Shown: piece after piece, positions 39,872-48,462 of the stretch | Layout: each line of letters opens with the position of its first letter | Numbering within the stretch: the first letter of the stretch is position 1 | Assembly (NCBI GenBank): GCA_963666985.2 | Contig: CAXXIA010000002.1 | Span: 1 to 64,000, forward strand | Direction: 5' to 3' | Length of the DNA stretch: 64,000 bases | Origin: Spirochaetia bacterium | GTDB taxonomy: Bacteria; Spirochaetota; Spirochaetia; DSM-2461 | Translations under genes and position numbers: made by a program | Notes under the pieces: generated by a model | The model's input: the letters and a program-made list of their open reading frames with translations, nothing else | Databases searched by the model: none | Told to the model about the DNA's origin: nothing

Positions 39872-40867
39872 CTAAATATCAACTCTCACTTGAGCCTTAT
39901 CCGCAAGCTTTCGCTGAATAACATCAATACTTACGGATATTAAGAGAACGGTTCCGATTACTATGTTATGCCAAAAAACCGGTATCCTCATGAGAATGAG
40001 TCCGTTACTTAAAATAGAAAAGAGAACAACTCCCAAAACTGTTCCGATTACAGACCCGGAACCTCCCAGGATACTCGCGCCTCCGAGTACAACAGCGGCA
40101 ATAACCTGCATTTCAAAACCACTGAACGCATTAGGGTCAACCTGCCGCATTATTGAAGTGTGTACGACTGCGGCGATACCCACCAAGAAACCGATATACG
40201 AATAAATAAAGATAATTATTCCATCCGTATTAAATCCCAGTCTTCGCGCCGATTCGGGATTGCCGCCCATGGCATATATTCCGCGTCCGATGAGTGTGTA
40301 CTTCAATATCAACCATGTTAATATTGCACTTAAAATAAAGAACAACGTTGGAAGCGGCAGTCCGATATAGCCGTTTTTTGTCGTTACCTTAAAAAGAATG
40401 GTTCTTCCGAATTCTATAAAGGAATCGGGGATTCCGGTTATCCATGTACCATGTGTTATATAAAACATCATTCCGGAAATAATACTCATTGTTCCCAATG
40501 TTACGACAATTGGAGCGATTTTAAGTTTTGAAATTAATAAACCATTAATCAAACCCATTACAATTCCGCTTATTGCGGCAATAAGAAATACAAGAAATAT
40601 ATTTTCACTTATATTAACCAAAAAATGGCCTACTATAACCGTAATCGCCGCGATCATCGATCCTACAGAAACATCAATGCCTCCGGTTAATATGGAAAGC
40701 AGCATCCCCATCGCCATAATTCCCAATACGGAATTATTTCGCATCAGATCGATTAAGTTATCACAACGCAAAAATACAATATTCCCGATTGAAATAATGC
40801 TTGAAACAACCAAAACAATAAGAAGAAGCACTATTTCTTTTGATCGTATTTTTTTTATTATATCCAT
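39872..40867 (-). CDS. Sugar ABC transporter permease
   Basis: TGGIDVSV, GRGIYAMGGN, EMQVIAAVVLGG. Confidence 0.9.
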   Translation of the reverse strand: MDIIKKIRSKEIVLLLIVLVVSSIISIGNIVFLRCDNLIDLMRNNSVLGIMAMGMLLSILTGGIDVSVGSMIAAITVIVGHFLVNISENIFLVFLIAAISGIVMGLINGLLISKLKIAPIVVTLGTMSIISGMMFYITHGTWITGIPDSFIEFGRTILFKVTTKNGYIGLPLPTLFFILSAILTWLILKYTLIGRGIYAMGGNPESARRLGFNTDGIIIFIYSYIGFLVGIAAVVHTSIMRQVDPNAFSGFEMQVIAAVVLGGASILGGSGSVIGTVLGVVLFSILSNGLILMRIPVFWHNIVIGTVLLISVSIDVIQRKLADKAQVRVDI

Positions 40868-40882
40868 TATTTTCGAATCCTA

Positions 40883-42397
40883 TTATGCTTCCACCTGAGT
40901 TGATACATCCAAAATAGCTTTATTCATGATGTCTGACTGAGTAACATTCGCCCCTTCGAGTTCAGCCGTAATTCGACCTCTCTTCATAACGAGAATCCGA
41001 TCACAAACCGCAAGAATCTCCGGAAGTTCGGAAGAAACCATAATGATCGAAATACCGTTTTCCGCTAAATCTCGAAAGAGCTGATGTGTATTTGATTTTG
41101 AACCGATATCGATTCCATTCGTCGGTTCATCGACCAGCAGTATTTTAGGATTGGTCGCCAGCCATTTAGCAATAACCACTTTTTGCTGATTACCGCCGGA
41201 AAGATTTATTGCCTTTATATCGGGCATGGTAGGTCTGATATCGATTTTAGCAATCCATTTCTTCACAAATTGCTGTATTTTTTCCTTTGAGAACAGCCCG
41301 ACAGAATTACTGTTCGTTGAAACGTTGGATATAAGCAGATTATCCGTAACCGTCTTTTTTAAGATTATTCCTTCAAGAAGTCTGTTTTCAGGTACTAAAG
41401 AAATTCCATATTTTATTGCTTTACCAGGAGATGTAATGCTAATTTCTTTATCTTCAAGGAATATTTTTCCACTATCGGGAATACTCAAACCGAAAAGCGC
41501 TTCAAGGACTTCCGTTCTTCCCGCTCCAACCAATCCCGTTATTCCAAGAACTTCACCTCTGTTTAACACAAATGATATATCTCTGAAATTTCCTTTTTTA
41601 CAAAGATTTTCCACCCTTAATATTGGTTTAATACATTTGCGCTTTTCATGAATTTGATATTCAATTTTTCTTCCAACCATCATGGACACGATTGCATCGT
41701 TATCCAATTCATCTTCATCAAATGTTCCGATGTATCGTCCGTCCCGTAAAATTGTAAAACGATCGGATACCGCGAATAATTCATCCAGTTTATGGCTGAT
41801 GAATAATATTGATATACCGTCATCTTTTAGTTTTCGCATTATTTCAAAGAGATTCTCAACTTCATGTTTTGACAGGGATGAAGTCGGCTCATCCATTATA
41901 ATTAATCGTGCGTTATAAATTATGGCCCGTGCAATCGCCACAAGCTGCTGTTTTGCAACGGAAAGTTCATCAAGACGAACGTCAATACTTATATCAATTC
42001 CCAAGCGATCCAATGCGCTACGGGCCAATTCCCGCATTTCTTTCCAGCTTACATGGAATGTTCCTTGCTCAATGGCATAACCGATACCGATATTTTCAGC
42101 GACGGTCAGATTGGGAAAGAGAGAGAAATCCTGATAAATTATTGAAATACCTTTTTTTAATGAAATAAGCGGTGTAATACCATCTATTTTTTCATTATCA
42201 ATATAAATTTCAGAACCTGCATCCGGCTGATAAACTCCGGAAAGAATTTTAATTAAGGTTGATTTCCCCGCACCGTTTTCACCAATCAATGCATGGATTT
42301 CACCTTTTCGGATTTCCATATCAACGTCTATCAGCGCTTTAACACCTGGGAAGGACTTTGATACTTTCTTTAGAGAAATAAAGGCTTGAGTGTCCAA
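40883..42397 (-). CDS. Sugar ABC transporter ATPase
   Basis: GENGAGKST, MDEPT, LSGGNQQKV, DEPTNGID; TTG start with GGGAG RBS. Confidence 0.93.
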   Translation of the reverse strand: MDTQAFISLKKVSKSFPGVKALIDVDMEIRKGEIHALIGENGAGKSTLIKILSGVYQPDAGSEIYIDNEKIDGITPLISLKKGISIIYQDFSLFPNLTVAENIGIGYAIEQGTFHVSWKEMRELARSALDRLGIDISIDVRLDELSVAKQQLVAIARAIIYNARLIIMDEPTSSLSKHEVENLFEIMRKLKDDGISILFISHKLDELFAVSDRFTILRDGRYIGTFDEDELDNDAIVSMMVGRKIEYQIHEKRKCIKPILRVENLCKKGNFRDISFVLNRGEVLGITGLVGAGRTEVLEALFGLSIPDSGKIFLEDKEISITSPGKAIKYGISLVPENRLLEGIILKKTVTDNLLISNVSTNSNSVGLFSKEKIQQFVKKWIAKIDIRPTMPDIKAINLSGGNQQKVVIAKWLATNPKILLVDEPTNGIDIGSKSNTHQLFRDLAENGISIIMVSSELPEILAVCDRILVMKRGRITAELEGANVTQSDIMNKAILDVSTQVEA

Positions 42398-42457
42398 ATT
42401 CTCCCTCTGTTATTTATTTTTCTTTCACTATTATTCAATAAAAATCGGGCACTGTGT

Positions 42458-42531
42458 TGTATATTATTTTTCTTTGCTTGCATATTCCTGGAATTATCAT
42501 CCACATTAATTCCACAAGAATATACATTATT
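42458..42531 (-). promoter_or_regulatory. Four degenerate direct repeats at 21-bp period; probable AraC-family operator
   Basis: tgtatattatt (42458), tgcatattcct (42479), tccacattaat (42500), tatacattatt (42521). Confidence 0.6.
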
Positions 42532-42605
42532 TCTCATTTATATTATTCGGCATTTGTTTTTGATTATTCTTTTCCTATTGTTTCACATGTCTTCTACGAA
42601 ATTTC

Positions 42606-42634
42606 TTGACAAGTTAAATCTCCAAATTAATAAT
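42606..42634 (+). promoter_or_regulatory. Sigma70 promoter of the AraC regulator
   Basis: TTGACA, 17 nt, AATAAT. Confidence 0.6.
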
Positions 42635-42647
42635 GAAATGATACGCA

Positions 42648-43547
42648 ATGAGGAAAGATATATTTTTCAAGCAACTATCATATACTTCCATCGATGAGAA
42701 ATGGGGCATTTATTGTACCGACATCGGAAGTTTTTCTCTTAATAAAAACTCATCGTATTCCGAAGCAATTAACAATTTGCCCCGACATTACGCTATGGAT
42801 TACACAAACGGACGTGAAATCAATGAATACCAAATCGCTTATATAACGGAAGGTTATGGTCTCTATTCATCCGAAAATTTTTCTCAGCATATTAAATCGG
42901 GAACTTTGCTTATTAATTTTCCCGGCAACAAACATAGTTACCGCCCGGACTTCGGATCGATCTGGAAAGAACATTGGATAGGCTTTCGAGGTTATTATCC
43001 GGATCTTTTAAGAAAAAACGGAATTTTAGATGACAACAGTCCGATTATTCATATTGGTTTTGAACAATCCATTCTCTCTTCTTTCGATCTCATAAAGGAA
43101 TATGCGGAAAGAGATGAGAATGATATTCAAAGAAGAATAAGCAATGAAATTATAAAAATGATATCGAATATTTTCGCGCTCAGGATTTCGGAAAAAATCG
43201 GCAATTCCCAAGAGCATATTATTGAAAAAGCAAAATTATTTTTGCATGAAAACATTTACAATACATTAGACATTGAATCAATGACTCATCAGCTCTCAAT
43301 AAATTACAAGTCTCTTATCGAGCTGTTTAAACTTCATACCGACATGACTCCATATCAATATTTTCTTCATTTAAAAATCAGCAAAGCAAAGGAATTGCTT
43401 TCTTTGGGAGAATTGTCGGTAAAAGAGGTTTCATACCGGCTTGAATTTCAAAATCAATACTATTTCTCCCGACTCTTTAAAAAGAAAACCGGAATATCCC
43501 CTTCTCAGTGGGGCAGCGTCACCTCCGCCTCAACGGATGAGTATTAG
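42648..43547 (+). CDS. AraC-family transcriptional regulator
   Basis: Cupin-type N-terminus (YQIAYITEGYG, WKEHWIGF) and C-terminal YYFSRLFKKKTGISP. Confidence 0.92.
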   Translation: MRKDIFFKQLSYTSIDEKWGIYCTDIGSFSLNKNSSYSEAINNLPRHYAMDYTNGREINEYQIAYITEGYGLYSSENFSQHIKSGTLLINFPGNKHSYRPDFGSIWKEHWIGFRGYYPDLLRKNGILDDNSPIIHIGFEQSILSSFDLIKEYAERDENDIQRRISNEIIKMISNIFALRISEKIGNSQEHIIEKAKLFLHENIYNTLDIESMTHQLSINYKSLIELFKLHTDMTPYQYFLHLKISKAKELLSLGELSVKEVSYRLEFQNQYYFSRLFKKKTGISPSQWGSVTSASTDEY

Positions 43548-43654
43548 CCTCAGGCTTCATATTTTTTGTACGATACAGATTATTCTCACTTGAATTACAA
43601 TATGAAGAAATATGCACGAATGCCGCGGATTGCGCCGGCCCGTAAGGAGAGAAG

Positions 43655-45328
43655 ATGAACGAACGGCAAACGGTCAAATTGATTCCCAATGGCGCCGTCG
43701 TTGAGGTAAAGCACGGAAGCAGAGTCGAAGATGTCCTGGGAAACTCCGGAAACATCGATTCAAAAAGATGTATTGCCGTCAAGGCGAACAACGAATATCG
43801 ATCTCTTTTGGATTTGATAACGGTCGACTGCTCCATAGAACCGATAAGCATCGAAACAACAGCCGGTATGCGCATTTACCGCAATTCTCTCATCCTCCTC
43901 TTCCAGCTCGCGATTCGCGAAGTCCTGCCGGATCGTCATCTGGTTATCGGTCATTCATTGGGACACGGTTTTTTCCACGGAATACGGGATAACGGCCCTC
44001 CGGTTACCGAAAAGGACGCCGAGAACATCGAAAAGACCATGAAGAATCTTGTCGAGCGGAATCTGGAGATTCAGCCGGATGAAATCTCTTGGGCCGACGC
44101 CGTGAAATATTTCGACACCCATCCGTTCCCGTCGACGGCTCTTCTGCTCAGAGAACTCAACGAACCGAGAGTCGGCATCTGGCGATGCTCCGATTCCATG
44201 GTTCTGCGTCATTCTCCCTTGGCCGCCCGAACCGGTGTTCTTTCAATATTCGCCGTGGAAAAATACAATACGGGCTTTCTGCTTCGTTATCCGGCATCCA
44301 AATGTCCCGAAAAGCTCGGAAAAAGAGATGACGAACCGAAGCTTTTCGCCGTCTACAAAGAACACAAAAAATGGGGTGAGATTCTCGAAGTCTCAAACGT
44401 TTCCCAGCTTAATGCCCTCTCCCGCGACAGAAAGAGCGCACGGGATTTCATTCAAACGGCCGAAGCTCTCCACGACAGAAAAATTGCAGAATGCGCCGGT
44501 CTGATCGCCTCGCGAAAAAAAGAAGTCAAAGCGATAATGATTTCAGGTCCCTCTTCTTCGGGAAAAACGACATTTACCAAAAAGCTGGCGTTAAGCTTGA
44601 AATCATCCGGTTTGAAACCTCAAATCATCAGTCTTGACGACTACTATAAAGAACAAAAGGACATTCCTCTGGATGAAGAGGGCAAAATCGATTATGAGGT
44701 TTTGGAAGCCCTGGATCTCGAACTCTTCAACCGGAATCTGGAGGATCTTTTTGCGGGAAAAGAAACGGAGATTCCAATTTTCGATTTCAAAACCGTCGGC
44801 GGCCGCCTGCCGGAAGGCCGTTCGATAAGCCTGGATGACGACGGTATTCTTCTCTTTGAAGGCATTCACGGCCTGAATCCGGCGCTGACTCCGGACATGA
44901 ATCCCCGAAACGCGTTTAAAATCTATATATCGGCTCTGACACAGCTCAATTTGGACGATCACGACCGCATACCCACAACGGACAACCGGCTGATACGGCG
45001 CATCGTCAGGGATCACCAATTCAGAAGATATCCGGCCATCAAAACACTCAAAATTTGGCCTTCGGTCCGCAGAGGCGAAGAGCGTCATATCTTCCCCTAT
45101 CAGGGTTCCGCGGACGTGATGTTCAATTCGGCTTTGGATTACGAACTGGCGGTTCTCAAGGTGTTCGCGGAGCCGCTTTTGCGTACGGTAAGCCCTGAAT
45201 ACCCCGAATACGGAGAAGCGCGAAGACTGATGTCCTTTTTAAGGAACTTTTCGCCCTTCCCCGTGGAAGAAGTACCTGAGTTTTCCATTATCCGGGAATT
45301 CCTCGGACGAAGCGGTTTTCGCTATTGA
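43655..45328 (+). CDS. ThrRS-N-terminal-like domain fused to uridine kinase/PRK-family kinase
   Basis: TGS-like start, P-loop GPSSSGKTT, SLDDYY, EGIHGLNP, RLIRRIVRD, FNSALDYEL. Confidence 0.88.
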   Translation: MNERQTVKLIPNGAVVEVKHGSRVEDVLGNSGNIDSKRCIAVKANNEYRSLLDLITVDCSIEPISIETTAGMRIYRNSLILLFQLAIREVLPDRHLVIGHSLGHGFFHGIRDNGPPVTEKDAENIEKTMKNLVERNLEIQPDEISWADAVKYFDTHPFPSTALLLRELNEPRVGIWRCSDSMVLRHSPLAARTGVLSIFAVEKYNTGFLLRYPASKCPEKLGKRDDEPKLFAVYKEHKKWGEILEVSNVSQLNALSRDRKSARDFIQTAEALHDRKIAECAGLIASRKKEVKAIMISGPSSSGKTTFTKKLALSLKSSGLKPQIISLDDYYKEQKDIPLDEEGKIDYEVLEALDLELFNRNLEDLFAGKETEIPIFDFKTVGGRLPEGRSISLDDDGILLFEGIHGLNPALTPDMNPRNAFKIYISALTQLNLDDHDRIPTTDNRLIRRIVRDHQFRRYPAIKTLKIWPSVRRGEERHIFPYQGSADVMFNSALDYELAVLKVFAEPLLRTVSPEYPEYGEARRLMSFLRNFSPFPVEEVPEFSIIREFLGRSGFRY

Positions 45329-45546
45329 TTCGCTGTTGAAGAATTAAGAGACCGGCCGTCCGAAACAACCGCGGAAACGGCGGCATCAAAACCCGCCCGA
45401 GATGCCGCGCAAGCGGCCGTGCACGGCCGAGGCCGAAACCCGCAAAGAATACGGACCGCCTGAATGTCCGTGTGAAAACGGCGATCAAGAAATTCTTTAT
45501 CAGGCAAAATTCCAGCCGTGCGGCCGCCTGATGCGGCCGAGGCCCC

Positions 45547-48372
45547 TCAGCGCTCTTCCATTTTCTGAAGCACGGCATCGGCTTCATCATCGCGTCCGGC
45601 CGCCCTGTAGAGTTTCTCGGCTTCTCTGAGGGATCGGGCCGCTATATCGGTTTGATCGGGATAAAGATAGGAGACCGCAAGAAAGGCTTCCGCCGCGGCA
45701 TCGATGTCGCCGTCTTCGGCCAGGGCTTTGGCCATGCCTTCCTGCGCTTCCGCGCCGATCCGTCCCGGAATATCCCGGATGAGCACTTCATAAAGCTGTT
45801 TTGAGCGGGCGAGCCGGCCGTCCATGCGATAACGATGCGCCGTAAGCAGAAGGGCTTCGGCCCTGTCCGCCGAAGCCAAATGTTCATTTTCAGCCGCTTC
45901 TTCCAGAACACTCCTGGATTCGACCGGGATACCGGCAACCCGCGCCCAGGCAAGCATGATCGGAATGGATAGGACATGATTCCGTCCGAAAGTCTTTTCG
46001 GCCAGATTCCGAGCCGAATAGGCCGAATCGGGGTTTCCGAGCAGCCGAAGGCATTCGGCCCAGGAACGCACGGCGGCCCCGGATCTGGGATCGCCGGGAC
46101 GGGAGGTTGCCCAATTGCCGTAACGGAGAGCGGCATTTTCCCAATCACCGTCTTCCTTCGCCGCCAGAGCCGCCCGCAGGCCCGCTCTTTCGGCCGCATC
46201 GGTACCGGGATATTCCGTAACGCAAAGGTCGTACCATGCAGCGGCGCTCCGATAATCTCCGGCACTCATGGCATCTTCGCCCATGCGGAACGGAAGGTCG
46301 GCCGGCAAATCGCTTTTGGGAAATTCAGCCGCCAATCGGCCGGAGATTTCCGCGGCTTCGTCCGTCCGCCCAAGATTCAGAAGCGCCCATGCGGTCTGAT
46401 AAAGAGCTTCTTCCCGCCAGTCTCCGCCGGAAACTTCCAGCGCCTTTTTATAGGCGTCAAGCGCGCTTTCCCAGGCCCCGTCCGATGCCCGGCTCAATCC
46501 GATTCGATACTCCGCTCTGGCGGCCTCTTCTGCCGACGGTGCCAACGCGGCGGCCCGTTCGAATGCGCTGACGGCCTGCTCCCAATTCGATTCCCGGAAC
46601 CATGTCCAGCCGGTAGCGTATGCCGATTCGAACGCCCATTTTCCATCACCGTACCGCATTGCCGCCCCATAAGCGTCGCGAGCTCCCTTAAAGTCGCCCG
46701 CTTCGTATCGGGCTTCTCCGAGATGATAGGCCGCCTCCACTCCCCAGGGACCGGCGGGATCGGTTTCCACCAAAGCGGCGAAATGTTCCTCGGCTTTGCG
46801 GACATCGCCGCTGTTGAGCCTGGCCACGCCGGCCGAATATAAATTCCGCCGGCCGCCCTCGCCTCCCCCGGCACCGCCGGCCAGCCGGGCCGCGTCTTCA
46901 TAATGCTCGGCGGCACGGGCATGTTCCGAGCGCCGCGAATAGACATACCCGATGCGCGCATGGGCCTCCGCGGCGTATGAAGAATTCGGGAACTGCCGGA
47001 CGAGTGCGGCATAATCGGAAAGGGCGGACGTTTCATCACCGTTATCCATGGCGATGTCGCCTCGAAGGAAGAGGTAAGAAGCTCCCCGTTCACCGCCGCC
47101 GTAATCCCGAATCAGATCATCCAGCGCCTCCTTCGCGGCCGTGTTATCACCGTCGTCGCGGCGCCTTTTAACCACCAGCCGAAGAGCTTCTTCCCGTCTC
47201 TCGTCGCCGCGGTTCTCATCGGCGAACCGCGCCAGGATATCGGCGCCGCGTGAATCATCCGAGTGCAGAAGAATGCCGCCCGCCGTCCAGGAAGCATCGG
47301 CCGCGATCCTTCGATCCGGGCCCTTTGCGGCCTTCTCAAGCCAGGGAACGGCAAGATCAATCTCATCGGTACCGATGTAGGTTTGCCCCAGATCGAAGGA
47401 GGCCGCCTGGATTTCAGCCTCGTCCCCGCTTTCCGAAAGAATGTTCCGGTAGGCCGAACGGGCTTCGGCGAGCCGTCCGGTTTTCAGAAAGGAGGCGGCC
47501 CGGAGGCGCATAACGGTCCGTGCCTCCTCATCATCTCCGCCCTTCCATTCCTCATCCCGTAAATCCAAATAAGCAAGAGATTCCTCGGTTTCACCCAATG
47601 CGGCAGCCAGCCGCGCGGCTTCCAGAAGAGCATGAGGACGGTACTCCGATTCATAAATCGACGAAAGAAAATTCCGATAACCGTCGAGGGCCGCGGAGTC
47701 TCTTCCGAGACGCTTCTGAGCCTCGGCGATCCAGTATTCGGCATCCGAAGCCGAGGCCGAAGACGAATATTCATAAGCAAGTTTGCGGAACGAATCCAAA
47801 GCCTCGGCGGGGTTGCCGCCGAGCAGAGCGATTTGGCCCAGCCTGAACATCGCCCGGGCCGAACTTTCGTAATCCGCCGAGGACTCGATCAGGTCCGTAT
47901 AAGCGTTCTTCGCGGCATTCCACTGCTCCAGATTCTCTCGGCAGGCCCCAAGGTATAAGAGGGATCGATCCCGATAGGCAATCTCGTCGGGAAGGGACGA
48001 CTGGCGTTCAAAAGCCGATGCCGCCTCTCGCCATTCACCCGTTTCGTAATACGCCATTCCCTTCCAGTAAGAGGTCCGTCTGTTCCAGGCGGAATCGGGA
48101 TATCGGCGCGAAAAAGATTCCAAAATTTCGATGCAGCGGCCGTACTCGCCGGCGTTGAAATAGGCCACGGCTCCCATGTACGCCGCCGAATCGGCTCTTC
48201 GGTCGTCGGGATACTCGCGAAGAAGCCGTGAGAATTGGGATGCCGCCGTCGGCCAAAGACCGTCGGTAAACGCGCTCCGGCCTCCCGAATAAAGCTGATC
48301 GGCGCTCTGAGCCGTAAGAGCGGCCGCCGAAACAAGAAAAAAGAAAAAACTGATGGCCCGGAACTTCTTCAT
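45547..48372 (-). CDS. Large exported TPR-repeat protein
   Basis: Signal peptide and many TPR units, several with YP.S-type turns. Confidence 0.88.
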   Translation of the reverse strand: MKKFRAISFFFFLVSAAALTAQSADQLYSGGRSAFTDGLWPTAASQFSRLLREYPDDRRADSAAYMGAVAYFNAGEYGRCIEILESFSRRYPDSAWNRRTSYWKGMAYYETGEWREAASAFERQSSLPDEIAYRDRSLLYLGACRENLEQWNAAKNAYTDLIESSADYESSARAMFRLGQIALLGGNPAEALDSFRKLAYEYSSSASASDAEYWIAEAQKRLGRDSAALDGYRNFLSSIYESEYRPHALLEAARLAAALGETEESLAYLDLRDEEWKGGDDEEARTVMRLRAASFLKTGRLAEARSAYRNILSESGDEAEIQAASFDLGQTYIGTDEIDLAVPWLEKAAKGPDRRIAADASWTAGGILLHSDDSRGADILARFADENRGDERREEALRLVVKRRRDDGDNTAAKEALDDLIRDYGGGERGASYLFLRGDIAMDNGDETSALSDYAALVRQFPNSSYAAEAHARIGYVYSRRSEHARAAEHYEDAARLAGGAGGGEGGRRNLYSAGVARLNSGDVRKAEEHFAALVETDPAGPWGVEAAYHLGEARYEAGDFKGARDAYGAAMRYGDGKWAFESAYATGWTWFRESNWEQAVSAFERAAALAPSAEEAARAEYRIGLSRASDGAWESALDAYKKALEVSGGDWREEALYQTAWALLNLGRTDEAAEISGRLAAEFPKSDLPADLPFRMGEDAMSAGDYRSAAAWYDLCVTEYPGTDAAERAGLRAALAAKEDGDWENAALRYGNWATSRPGDPRSGAAVRSWAECLRLLGNPDSAYSARNLAEKTFGRNHVLSIPIMLAWARVAGIPVESRSVLEEAAENEHLASADRAEALLLTAHRYRMDGRLARSKQLYEVLIRDIPGRIGAEAQEGMAKALAEDGDIDAAAEAFLAVSYLYPDQTDIAARSLREAEKLYRAAGRDDEADAVLQKMEER

Positions 48373-48462
48373 AACATCAGCATATCACGCTATCCGAAAG
48401 TACCGCGATAGAGGAGTCTTAAGACTCAATGATGTTCGCTTAAAAAAAGCCTCGGCCGCCGG

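Noticed and set aside
36305..43654. Mobile-element boundaries for the AT-rich island
   Set aside because: No integrase, transposase, tRNA or convincing direct or inverted repeats at the edges.
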